Shown here: in pieces, positions 19,955-29,348 of the stretch
Position numbering within the stretch: the first letter of the stretch is position 1
How the letters are laid out: each line of letters starts with the position of its first letter
Assembly: GCA_030647095.1 (NCBI GenBank)
Contig: JAUSKH010000043.1
Location: 1,732-65,731 of the forward strand
Direction: 5' to 3'
DNA from: Nanobdellota archaeon
GTDB lineage: Archaea > Nanobdellota > Nanobdellia > Pacearchaeales > GW2011-AR1
Length of the DNA: 64,000 bases
Notes under the pieces: generated by a model
The model's input: the letters and a program-made list of their open reading frames with translations, nothing else
Databases searched by the model: none
Told to the model about the DNA's origin: nothing
Made by a program: the position numbers and the translations under genes

Positions 19955-22065
19955 GATGGATCCCAGAAAAGGTTCTTACTTTCTGAATTGTCTTTTCTTT
20001 CTGAATCATCCTTGTTTTCAGTAGGATGAGTTGAAGTTGTCTTTGAGAATCTAGGATCTTTCTCGTTCTTCTGACGATTCATGAATTGCCTGATGAATTC
20101 TTCGTGCTCGCCTCTGTTCATGATTTTCTTTGCTCTCCAGATATTCATGTCCCCTACTTTCTCTGCTTTGACTTTTCCTGACGTTCTCTTATGTACTGCT
20201 TCAGAAATAAGAACTTCTGACCTAGCATAATTTGAAATTCTTTTGGCTGTGCCGACTGTATTGCCTAGAGGTGTAAACTTGAACTTGCCTTCGCTTTGAT
20301 CTACTACTATATCTCCTATGTGGATACCTAAACCGAAATCAAGTTTCTGAACAAATTTCTTATTGCTCTCGTTGAATAATCTATCTATCTCTTGTCCTGT
20401 TCTCAAAGCCCTCATTATATTTTCTGTTTCTCCTGTAAGGGCTGGTGCAAACACAAGAAGCTTATAATCTCCTTCTGCATATATTTTTGCTTTGGTTTCT
20501 TTTGCTATAGATACTGCTCGTTGGATAGCTTCCAGTGTTGGAGAATTAGGAATGTGTTGTAGGTCAGTCATATTACGGATATATAATGAGATAATTGCTG
20601 CCTCCTGCTTTTGACCTTTTTCTATGACACTTGCTTTATTGGTACCGGTTAGTTTGCGCGTAGCAACTGTTCCAGAGGATGAAGAACCAACTTTTATAGG
20701 AGAGTAAGATTTTGTTGGACTTGTTCCTGTGTATTTTTTCTTGGCAACTCTACGATAATAATATATTGCTATCACTGCAAGGATAATGAGTATGATAACC
20801 CAGATCCAAATGAAAAAATTATTTTTTAATACATTTGTTGCTGAATCTAGTGATATTACGCTGCCTGTGATAGACACTTTACCTAGACTTTCACTTTTTG
20901 TTCCATCTGAAACTTGAACATCGTACTCTCCTGTTGGGGCTACTAATTTTAAGTTCTTTGATTCATCGATACCTACTGAGATGTCCCTTACTTCTTTTAC
21001 TCCTCCAATTGAAATCTCTACAGGGCGCTTGTAACGAACATTGCCAGTATTAGTGATTACTAAAGCGCCATTAATCATACTAAATGTTGCAGTCATCAAT
21101 TCATCTACATAGAACTCGTTAGTTGCTTCTAAATCACCTGTTTTTGCTAATACTTTCCAATCTCCTGCAGTGTAATTAGATTCTGTTGGGAAAGAGTTTG
21201 TTGCTGCAGATCTTACAAGTTTTTTATCAAAAACAGAACTATCTGGCTTATAGAAAGTGACGCCTACATCATCCTCAATTTGTTGTCCTGCCTGATCTAA
21301 GATATTTACGGTATATTCGATTGGATTTCCGGGGGTTACTGTTTTAGTTGGGAAAGAGATGCTAATATCTTTCATTATCTGTTTTAATTTTATGCTCTCT
21401 GTTGCGTTGCCTTCGTTGAGTATTTTGCCTGCACTATCTTTTTCATATACGTGTGCCTGAACTTCATAAACTCCCGGAAGTGCATCTAGTGGAAGAGTAA
21501 TATTAAATTCAAAATTACCTGACTGTATTGGGCTAAGGATAGTTATATTTAAGTTTGGTATTAAAATTCCTGCAAAACCGGTGAGTGGAAGACCGTTTGC
21601 TTTTGTTGCTTTTCCTTTAACGATTATAGATTTCCCTGGATCGAAAGCTACTCCCTGAATGTCTAAAGAAATATCTACTCTTTTTGTGATGTCAAACTCA
21701 CGAGAATTTGTTTGCTCATTGTCATATGAGAATCTTATAGAACAGCTACCTTCGCTTATGTTTCCTAGAAGAAAATCATCGAATTTTCCTGTTATAATAA
21801 TCTCTTTTCTTTCACCTTCCTTCAGAGTGTAAAAGCTTCTGTATATTTCAGTTTGTTGTGAATCACAGATGAGTGTTGAAGAAAAGAAACCAGTTGTATC
21901 TTTAGAAGGTAAAAGGCTTACTGAAATATTGAATGGGTCTCCAAGATTATACAAAGACTCTGTCTGTCCCCCAAGTATTTCTGCTGCAATTAAGGGTGTA
22001 TTTATTAATAGGACGGTGAAAGCAAGGAATATGCTTATTGATAGCCCTCTTTTAATGCTATTCAT
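19951..22065 (-). CDS. Membrane protein with extracellular Ig-like region and C-terminal class III nucleotide cyclase-like domain
   Basis: Signal peptide, single TM, FGLGIHIGDIVV...LGNTVGTAKRI...VLISE. Confidence 0.75.
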   Translation of the reverse strand: MNSIKRGLSISIFLAFTVLLINTPLIAAEILGGQTESLYNLGDPFNISVSLLPSKDTTGFFSSTLICDSQQTEIYRSFYTLKEGERKEIIITGKFDDFLLGNISEGSCSIRFSYDNEQTNSREFDITKRVDISLDIQGVAFDPGKSIIVKGKATKANGLPLTGFAGILIPNLNITILSPIQSGNFEFNITLPLDALPGVYEVQAHVYEKDSAGKILNEGNATESIKLKQIMKDISISFPTKTVTPGNPIEYTVNILDQAGQQIEDDVGVTFYKPDSSVFDKKLVRSAATNSFPTESNYTAGDWKVLAKTGDLEATNEFYVDELMTATFSMINGALVITNTGNVRYKRPVEISIGGVKEVRDISVGIDESKNLKLVAPTGEYDVQVSDGTKSESLGKVSITGSVISLDSATNVLKNNFFIWIWVIILIILAVIAIYYYRRVAKKKYTGTSPTKSYSPIKVGSSSSGTVATRKLTGTNKASVIEKGQKQEAAIISLYIRNMTDLQHIPNSPTLEAIQRAVSIAKETKAKIYAEGDYKLLVFAPALTGETENIMRALRTGQEIDRLFNESNKKFVQKLDFGLGIHIGDIVVDQSEGKFKFTPLGNTVGTAKRISNYARSEVLISEAVHKRTSGKVKAEKVGDMNIWRAKKIMNRGEHEEFIRQFMNRQKNEKDPRFSKTTSTHPTENKDDSERKDNSESKNLFWDPS

Positions 22066-22130
22066 AGATTGGTTAATTCCCTTTTATATATAAATCTTGT
22101 TGCAGATGAATATTTATAAATATTCTGGTC

Positions 22131-22213
22131 GATATGTCAAGATTTGTTTCATGCAAATCTTGATCACAGCAAAAATGTTTCCATTTTTGTGCCATCAAAA
22201 CTTTCCAAGTTTT
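22131..22213. repeat. Partial copy of the nested module of family A
   Basis: Matches 60840-60922 except two loops are reverse-complemented. Confidence 0.85.
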
Positions 22214-22952
22214 AGTTGTTAAAATAATTTTTTTGTTGATATCTAAGGTCTAAATCGGATTTTATCTTTAAAACCTCTTTTAAATAATGTTTATTTCCAC
22301 CACCGTTGTAACGCTTTACTGCTTCTTCCCATGAGCGCCAATCTTTGATATATGGTATTTTTTTCTTGTCCTGCGATTTTATATCATGAATTGCTGATTT
22401 GTGATAGAGCCAACCGACACCACCCAGAATGCTTGACTTGGCATCCATATTACTTTGGGAATAGTCCCAGACTCCATTTCTATGAGGTGTTTCTTTTTTT
22501 TCTTCCAACGAAGAAAAATCTCCTATCAAATATGTGTTCTCCTTTTTTTCAGCTAGAACATGAAGCGCGTGGTCTCCTTGATTTGCAATTTGCATAGGGT
22601 CATAGAGAAATGCTTTCGTTCTATGTTTAGGATTACCAGATTCAACTGCAATCATTGCTTTAATGAGATTACTTTCTGGTGCTCTCCCATGTTTTTCTTT
22701 GAAATAATCAATAGTCTCTTTGATTGTGGTATCATAGATATCAAGATAAGAATAATCTGATTCTATTTTTACTTGTGAATTTTGTATTTTATTGAGTGCT
22801 GGTTTATCATAATTTGCTCTTTGTTTTACATTTTGTTTTGCTATATTTATTTGGTGTCCTTTATTAGCGGCTTCTGCGTTCGTTGATGTCAAAAGCGCGG
22901 CAGCTAGTCCTGTGACAAATACAGATCTTACAAAAGAATCTCTTTTCTTCAT
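22212..22952 (-). CDS. Secreted lysozyme-like/lytic transglycosylase-fold protein
   Basis: Signal peptide; IKAMIAVESG, PMQI, AVKRYNGG. Confidence 0.6.
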   Translation of the reverse strand: MKKRDSFVRSVFVTGLAAALLTSTNAEAANKGHQINIAKQNVKQRANYDKPALNKIQNSQVKIESDYSYLDIYDTTIKETIDYFKEKHGRAPESNLIKAMIAVESGNPKHRTKAFLYDPMQIANQGDHALHVLAEKKENTYLIGDFSSLEEKKETPHRNGVWDYSQSNMDAKSSILGGVGWLYHKSAIHDIKSQDKKKIPYIKDWRSWEEAVKRYNGGGNKHYLKEVLKIKSDLDLRYQQKNYFNN

Positions 22953-23065
22953 GAAAAATGCAGTAAAAATTGACTTTTAAACCTTTCTATTTGTAACTAT
23001 GGCTTAGTAGTCACAATTAAATAGCTGATAAATTTATTGAGATTAAATAAGCTAACACTCTGTAC

Positions 23066-23293
23066 TTATTTCTTAACTTCTAAATAATAAGCTGGACCAG
23101 CAAAAACCTTTCCTGTTCTTGTGCATTTCCAAATGCCTGCAGCAATTCTCTTTGCTCTGCCTCTAGGATGAAATGGTGATTGTTGTCTTTTGCGCTGAGG
23201 TCCTTCAATTGCATTAAAGCGATCTCTAACATTCTTTCCATAGCCTACTCCTATTCTTCCAAAAGCCTTAATCTTCTTTGTTTTTGCTCCCAT
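23066..23293 (-). CDS. rpl37ae: 50S ribosomal protein L37Ae (eL43)
   Basis: GRIGVGYG..., KRIAAGIWKC...GKVFAGPAY. Confidence 0.9.
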   Translation of the reverse strand: MGAKTKKIKAFGRIGVGYGKNVRDRFNAIEGPQRKRQQSPFHPRGRAKRIAAGIWKCTRTGKVFAGPAYYLEVKK

Positions 23294-23388
23294 AATTTAG
23301 AGAGTGTAAAATAGGTTTTTAAAGATTCCTACTATGTTATTATTTCGACTCAAAGAAAGCAAACTATTATAAAACATATTCTAATAAC

Positions 23389-24090
23389 GTGAAAATGAAA
23401 GCAGTAATACTTGCAGCGGGAAGAGGGAAGAGAATGGGAGAATTGACTAGATATTTACCTAAGCCGTTGCTATCTATTAATAATAGACCTTTTCTTTTTT
23501 ACAATTTAAAAAATTTAATAGGGTGTGGTTACAATGATATAGGGATTGTTGTTGGATATCAAAAGGAAAGAATAGAAGAGTTTCTTGCTGAAAATAAATT
23601 TAATGCTACACTTATAGACCAAGGTGAACCAAAAGGAACCGGACATGCTGTTAAATGTGCTAAAGAATTTTGTAAGGATAATAATTTTTTAGTATTAAAC
23701 GGAGATAATTATTATGATATTGATGTCATAAAAAAGATGAGTTTGTTTCAAGGGTCTAATGCTATTTGTGGAGTAATACATGAAAGTCCTGAAAGATTTG
23801 GAGTGTTGTTGGAAAGAGATGGCTTTTTAGAAAGAATAGCTGAAAAGCCTAAGACATATTTTGGAAATTTGATAAATATAGGTTTGTACAAATTTACTGC
23901 TGAGATATTTGATGCTTTAGATAAAATTAAACTTTCTGAAAGAGGAGAATACGAATTAACAGATGCGCTTAGTATTCTGGCGCAACAACAGAAAGTTAGG
24001 GTAATAAAAAGTAATTTTCCGTGGTTTGATCTAGGATCTCCTGAAGATATTCCTCTTATTGAGGAATTTTTTAAGCAGAAAAAGATCTAG
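23389..24090 (+). CDS. Sugar-phosphate nucleotidyltransferase
   Basis: AVILAAGRGKRM..LT..PKPLL; SERGEYELTD. Confidence 0.9.
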   Translation: MKMKAVILAAGRGKRMGELTRYLPKPLLSINNRPFLFYNLKNLIGCGYNDIGIVVGYQKERIEEFLAENKFNATLIDQGEPKGTGHAVKCAKEFCKDNNFLVLNGDNYYDIDVIKKMSLFQGSNAICGVIHESPERFGVLLERDGFLERIAEKPKTYFGNLINIGLYKFTAEIFDALDKIKLSERGEYELTDALSILAQQQKVRVIKSNFPWFDLGSPEDIPLIEEFFKQKKI

Positions 24091-24093
24091 ATT

Positions 24094-24609
24094 TTGGAAG
24101 GGTTTAAATATAAGCAAGAGGTGTTTTTCGAGGAGAAATACACGATAATAACCATAAAATTTAAGCTGTATCTGGCGCATCCTTTTCTTAGTAGAAAAAT
24201 GATAAGGGAGTGGGAACTTAAAATAGAAAAAGAGTTTAATATTGAACTTGCTAATCCTTTTTATGACAGAGATGGGGAAGGTGGAAGGGAAGATATTGCT
24301 GCATGGGATCAAGGATTAAAGCCTCAGAAAGACGATGATTATGAGTTTAAACTGGTGCAGAAAGATATTGGTTTAATTGGCACTTGTGATGGTGTTGTTG
24401 CAATAGTTGATGGGAATTTATCTTATGGAACAATTATGGAAATGGTTTATGGCAATATATTAAAGAAACCTGTATTTATTATCTGCACAAACAAATCAAA
24501 CGATCATCCGTGGTTTGTTTATCATGGTACAAAGATATATAATTCTTTTGATGAATTTGAAAAAGATATTAATTATGTGTCTGAAACTGTTAAGAAATTG
24601 AATATATAA
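24094..24609 (+). CDS. Nucleoside 2-deoxyribosyltransferase-like protein
   Basis: LYLAHP, DI..I..CDGVVA, SYGTIMEM..G..KPV; start uncertain. Confidence 0.7.
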   Translation: MEGFKYKQEVFFEEKYTIITIKFKLYLAHPFLSRKMIREWELKIEKEFNIELANPFYDRDGEGGREDIAAWDQGLKPQKDDDYEFKLVQKDIGLIGTCDGVVAIVDGNLSYGTIMEMVYGNILKKPVFIICTNKSNDHPWFVYHGTKIYNSFDEFEKDINYVSETVKKLNI

Positions 24610-24670
24610 TTTTTTCTGTTGCGTGTCTTGATATAATAAGTTTTATAACTCCATTTATTTTTATTAAAAC

Positions 24671-25411
24671 ATGGGAAAGATAGTTGCGATAGGTGGAGGA
24701 GAATTGAAAGATTTAGATACTTTGCCTTTAGATAAGGAAATAGTCAAACTTACTGGTAAGCAGCATCCTGTAGCTTTGTTTATTCCAACTGCTAGTGGCG
24801 ATGCTGAAGGGTACTGGCAAACATTTCAGAAAGTTTATAGACAAAAACTGGGATGTAAAACAGAAGTGCTTTATTTAATTAGGGAGAAGAATACAAAAAG
24901 AGAAATTGAAAATAAAATTCTTGAAGTTGATTTAATTTATGTTGGAGGAGGAAATACATTGAAGATGCTTAAAATATGGAAAAAACAAGGAGTGGATAAA
25001 TTGCTTACGAAAGCTTATGAGCAAGGAGTTGTTTTATCTGGTCTTAGTGCTGGAGCTATTTGTTGGTTTAGATATGGTTGTAGTGACTCTCGTAGATTTT
25101 CTAATCCTGAGGATGCTTCTTTTATGAAGGTTAAAGGTCTTAACTTAGTTAATTTAACAGTAAGTCCGCATCATATTAGGGAGAAGAATAGAGATAAAGG
25201 TCTTGTTAAATTAATGCAGAAAACTTCTGGGGTAGGAATCGCTCTTGATGACAATTGCGCCCTTGAAATTGTAGATGGAAATTATAGAATGCTTAGCTCA
25301 AAAAATGGAGCTGGAGCTAAGAAAATTTATTACTCTGGGGGTAAACCTTATTCAAAGAAAATTGATATAACTGAGAAATACAGTTTACTTTCTGACTTGA
25401 TGAAAAAATAG
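24671..25411 (+). CDS. pepE: Peptidase E (S51 family)
   Basis: FIPTASGD, IYVGGGNT, GLSAGA. Confidence 0.88.
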   Translation: MGKIVAIGGGELKDLDTLPLDKEIVKLTGKQHPVALFIPTASGDAEGYWQTFQKVYRQKLGCKTEVLYLIREKNTKREIENKILEVDLIYVGGGNTLKMLKIWKKQGVDKLLTKAYEQGVVLSGLSAGAICWFRYGCSDSRRFSNPEDASFMKVKGLNLVNLTVSPHHIREKNRDKGLVKLMQKTSGVGIALDDNCALEIVDGNYRMLSSKNGAGAKKIYYSGGKPYSKKIDITEKYSLLSDLMKK

Positions 25412-25873
25412 TTATTTATTGTGTTTTAAGAAGTTGTTTATTAAATCGGCTTTATTTTTTCTATTTGTTTCAGCATAAGCTTGTGCTTCTGCATCTAAAG
25501 TAAAACAAGAGATTTCCATATCATCTAATCTCATTTGTATTATTCTATTTGCTAATAGTTTACTAACATATTTTCCAGTATCTCTTTCTCCTAAAATATG
25601 GACTTCCAAGTCACCAATTGTTATTTTAATCTCCCAAGCTGGTTCCTCTCCAGAGATTTTCAATTCTTTTATACTAGAAGGAGTATAATTAGAAAAGATA
25701 TCTTTAATTCTTCTCAAATCTCTTAATTGAATAACTATATCCAGATCATTAGGATTAACATTCATTCCTTGAGTTGCCATGTTTACACTTCCAATTAAAG
25801 CCCATTTAATTTTGTTCTCTTTAAAAGAGAGATTTATTATTTTTATTGCTTCTTTAAATTCTTGGTTAAGCAT
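25412..25873 (-). CDS. Nucleotidyltransferase-fold protein
   Basis: WALIGS...QGM..PNDLDIV. Confidence 0.7.
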   Translation of the reverse strand: MLNQEFKEAIKIINLSFKENKIKWALIGSVNMATQGMNVNPNDLDIVIQLRDLRRIKDIFSNYTPSSIKELKISGEEPAWEIKITIGDLEVHILGERDTGKYVSKLLANRIIQMRLDDMEISCFTLDAEAQAYAETNRKNKADLINNFLKHNK

Positions 25874-25942
25874 GTTTATTTTAAATTGGTTACTTACCTA
25901 TTTAGATAAACTTGGGTCGCTGCTCTAATATTGTGAATCAAC

Positions 25943-26872
25943 TTACTCTCTTCCAAACAATCTTCTTAAAAATACAGAAAATCTCTGTAAAATACCTAAA
26001 TTCTTACATTTATTATCGATACAAAAATTAGGGGTACATTCAGAATTTTTGCTACAGATATTTTCTTTTGTTATATTTATTTGATAATCTTCTGTTTCAT
26101 TATTAAATTGTTCTTGATATTGAGTTTTGTTGAGTAATTGTGTGTTTTGTTCTGTATTCTTAACACTGGGATTCTGAACTTCTTTACTATTATTTTCATC
26201 TGGTCCTGCGCAATTATCAGACGATAGAACTACATTATTTACTGTTCCATCTTCTCCCTTGAATGACAATCCTATGTTTCCCAGAGGGTTTGGACTATGG
26301 GTACTGATGATAATTTCTATTATTCCTACCTGAACTGGTGTAATGTCTGAAGACCTAAACCCAGGTCTGTCAATTCTAAAGGGGATCTTGCCCTCAGGTA
26401 GTAATGATCTTGGAAGCAATGGTCCACTTCTTTGCGAATATCTTAGATTCGTATGAGCTAAATTCTCAAGTATTGTTAAATTCTCAACTACTTTTAATAT
26501 GTCTTGGTCTTCTCCTTGTAAACCTTCTGAATCAGTTATATGTGCAGATAGATAAACTGTTTGATTTAGATATTCTGTTGAGTTCCAAAGATATAGACAG
26601 GATTTTGAATGAGCATATTCGCCTGGAGGATCAACGCAGGGATTACCCGCAGTATCGCACATACATCTTTCTTCTATTATTTTACAATAATGACTTATTA
26701 TTTTGCCAGTTGGGAGGCATTCTGAAAAAACGCCTGGTGGTTCATTACAAAATCCGCCACCCATATTTATACTTCCAATCGTTTTACCAGTTATCTGAAT
26801 ACCATCAACAAGCTTTGCTGTTGAAAATAGCAATAGAAGTATAAAAATTAAATTAAAAGACCTCTTAATCAT
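25943..26872 (-). CDS. Secreted Cys-rich hypothetical protein
   Basis: Signal peptide; CSKNSECTPNFCIDNKC. Confidence 0.65.
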   Translation of the reverse strand: MIKRSFNLIFILLLLFSTAKLVDGIQITGKTIGSINMGGGFCNEPPGVFSECLPTGKIISHYCKIIEERCMCDTAGNPCVDPPGEYAHSKSCLYLWNSTEYLNQTVYLSAHITDSEGLQGEDQDILKVVENLTILENLAHTNLRYSQRSGPLLPRSLLPEGKIPFRIDRPGFRSSDITPVQVGIIEIIISTHSPNPLGNIGLSFKGEDGTVNNVVLSSDNCAGPDENNSKEVQNPSVKNTEQNTQLLNKTQYQEQFNNETEDYQINITKENICSKNSECTPNFCIDNKCKNLGILQRFSVFLRRLFGRE

Positions 26873-26976
26873 TTCTTAAAGATGAAAAACAGATATATAA
26901 ATCTTATCTCATGATTGGTCTTTTATAAATACAATTGTATAATTAAGATTAATAATCTTCTAATATTAAATTAAAA

Positions 26977-27050
26977 TGGGGCTGCCAGGATTTGAACCTG
27001 GGTCGCGAGGTCCCAAACCTCGAATACTAACCAAGCTATAATACAGCCCC
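26977..27050 (-). tRNA. tRNA-Pro(TGG)
   Basis: GGGGCTG acceptor stem, CGAGG-TTTGGGA-CCTCG anticodon arm, GGTTCAAATCC T arm. Confidence 0.93.
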
Positions 27051-27099
27051 TCCTACAATGATAAAATAAGGGTATTTAAGTTTTCTTAAAAGGACTAAA

Positions 27100-27239
27100 A
27101 TAAAGAGATTTCCTAAGCCTTCGCTATCCCCACAGCAAGCTGATGGGGTATTACGCTCGGCTTCAGGACGGAAATCTCTAATTGTCAAATCGGACGACGC
27201 AGCAAAGCTGCGGGGTATTAAACCCAATTTGACAATAAA
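27100..27239. mobile_element. 140-bp twin-hairpin REP/PATE-like element (family C)
   Basis: Identical to 30474-30613; stems agagatttcc/ggaaatctct and attgtcaaat/atttgacaat, each enclosing a GC hairpin. Confidence 0.85.
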
Positions 27240-27247
27240 TTAAGAAA

Positions 27248-27451
27248 TTAACTAAAAAGACGGGCAATAATTTTAACGCCGTCTGCGATGAAAAAGCCTA
27301 GAGCACCGATAACTAGGATACCAAGAGCTGAGATTTTTGATACTGTTTTAAATTCCTCTGAACTTGGCTTTTTTAGTATAAGCCAGACTCTTTTAGATTG
27401 TGCAACAAAAGATTTAATTCTTGCTGTAATAGGAGGTTTTGTTTGGTCCAT
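27248..27451 (-). CDS. secE: Protein translocase SecE/Sec61-gamma
   Basis: KRVWLILKKPSSEEFKTVSKISALG + TM. Confidence 0.92.
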   Translation of the reverse strand: MDQTKPPITARIKSFVAQSKRVWLILKKPSSEEFKTVSKISALGILVIGALGFFIADGVKIIARLFS

Positions 27452-27481
27452 GATTTGTATAAATAAAGTGTATTTTTAAAA

Positions 27482-29317
27482 TTATGCTTGCTGGGGAGGC
27501 CATCTACTTTCCACCCCTTTTGTTAATTCTTCTTTCGGTTTACCCTTTTTAATCAGATAGAATAGTAGAACAAGAATTGTAATTATCAGGACAGACAAGA
27601 TAATTATTACTATGATTAATAAATTCAAGCTTTGGTAATTGCAGGTTTGTTTTTCTGCTGGTTTTTTATCATTAACATTACATGTATTTAAGTCTGTACA
27701 GATTCTTAGTCTAGTTTGGTTTTCTGGGCACTCTGACGGCTGCCAGGAAGTACAGTTCCAGTCAGGTGTGCATGATTTTTGTGGGAGTGTAGAAGAACTA
27801 ACACATGCTTCTGTTTCTTCTTTATATAATTGATTTGTATTACACTCGTTTAGGTCTATGCAAGATTTTATTCTTTGATTATTCAAGCATGGCTCCCAGT
27901 CCCCGCATTCCCAATTAGAAGTGCATGCTGGTTCGTTAGGGTTATTAGCATTGTTTGGATTTCCTGAAGGGGTGGAAGAAGGAGGAAAAAATTCTTTTGC
28001 TGCTGAATGCTTTAAACCTGAAATAGTAAAGGTTGTTTCGGTTAGAGTGCAAGAAAAAGATGAATTTGTACCAGGGCAAGAGATTAGATATTCGTTTGCA
28101 CTTGCACACTTAGAAGAAATAGATGAAATAGAGTCTATATCTGGGCTGTCTTCTATGCAAACTTGTGTGCTTCCATTCTTTCTGTCGAATGTAATATTTT
28201 TATTTCCTTCTATACCTTTTACTATAAAATAACCGAGTTTGCTTGAAGAAGGTTGTTCTATAATTTCATAATTATAGAAGTTGAGTGGTTGAGAGAAATT
28301 GTATAATAGACTTACTCTTGTAATATTACCTTCTTTAAATTCTATTCTCTTTGTACCATTGTAACTTAAAGAGTAGTTGATTATTGATCCTTCTATAGAG
28401 ACATTTAGGCCTATACCGTTTAGATTAATTTCTTTTCCTATTATTCCATTCCCATCGTAGTCACAATAATATATTATAGGTGAGGGTTTGCTTGAGTTAT
28501 TATTACATATATTGAAATCTTCGTAATCTGTTATTTTGGTGTCATTTGACATGCAAGAACTGTTTTGGGGTATCCAATTTGGTATGCACGGTATGTTATA
28601 TGTGATTGGTCTGTTATCTATTTGTGAAATAAACATCTTAGTTGTACCGTTCTTAATGAATACTATTTGCATAGAATTTAGAGTAATATTGTTGCTATAG
28701 TTTGATATAAGAGATATGTACACTAGACCTTGTTCTGAAGAAGATAACTGAAAGTTTGTTGAATTTTTTATTTTGAATTTAGAATTATAGTCCAAATAAG
28801 CATCTTCTTCTGAAGATATATTTCTCGGAAAAGAAGATAGTTCTGGATTTGCCAAAATTTCGTTATCAAACAAAGAGATATTTTCTATGTTGGTTATACT
28901 ACCTAGAATTAATAGGTGCTCGGTTATACTATTTGAGTTAGAAGCTTTGATTGTAATGGAATTATTCCCTTTTAGAACAGTTAGAAGCATATAAGTTTCA
29001 TTTTCAATTATTTTATAAGCCATATAGGATTCGCATTTGCTTTGATCTGAATTATTTGTTATGATGGTTATTCCATTAGAAGATTCATAAAATACTTGAT
29101 CCCAGACTGATTTTATTGCGGCGTCTGAACAGTCTTGTGCAATTGGAAGAGCAATAATTTCTACTCCGCCACTGCCGTCGCCTTCAGGGTTGAGTTCTGA
29201 TTCTGGAGGGGAGAAGTTTATTATTTTGTTATTAATAAGAAAATAGATTAGGAAAATAAGGAAAAATAATATCAAGACTATTAATAGAAATATTAGAACT
29301 TTGACACTTCTTTTCAT
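27482..29317 (-). CDS. Membrane-anchored surface protein with WxC Cys repeats
   Basis: N- and C-terminal TMs; CTSNWECGDWEPC, CTPDWNCTSW. Confidence 0.75.
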   Translation of the reverse strand: MKRSVKVLIFLLIVLILFFLIFLIYFLINNKIINFSPPESELNPEGDGSGGVEIIALPIAQDCSDAAIKSVWDQVFYESSNGITIITNNSDQSKCESYMAYKIIENETYMLLTVLKGNNSITIKASNSNSITEHLLILGSITNIENISLFDNEILANPELSSFPRNISSEEDAYLDYNSKFKIKNSTNFQLSSSEQGLVYISLISNYSNNITLNSMQIVFIKNGTTKMFISQIDNRPITYNIPCIPNWIPQNSSCMSNDTKITDYEDFNICNNNSSKPSPIIYYCDYDGNGIIGKEINLNGIGLNVSIEGSIINYSLSYNGTKRIEFKEGNITRVSLLYNFSQPLNFYNYEIIEQPSSSKLGYFIVKGIEGNKNITFDRKNGSTQVCIEDSPDIDSISSISSKCASANEYLISCPGTNSSFSCTLTETTFTISGLKHSAAKEFFPPSSTPSGNPNNANNPNEPACTSNWECGDWEPCLNNQRIKSCIDLNECNTNQLYKEETEACVSSSTLPQKSCTPDWNCTSWQPSECPENQTRLRICTDLNTCNVNDKKPAEKQTCNYQSLNLLIIVIIILSVLIITILVLLFYLIKKGKPKEELTKGVESRWPPQQA

Positions 29318-29348
29318 CTTACTTCAAAGATTATGAGTATTATAAATA

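Noticed and set aside
27036-27227. 63-aa ORF
   Set aside because: Translation of the family C repeat that runs into the tRNA-Pro
27700-27930. WxC cysteine repeats as a novel system
   Set aside because: Common motif in DPANN surface proteins
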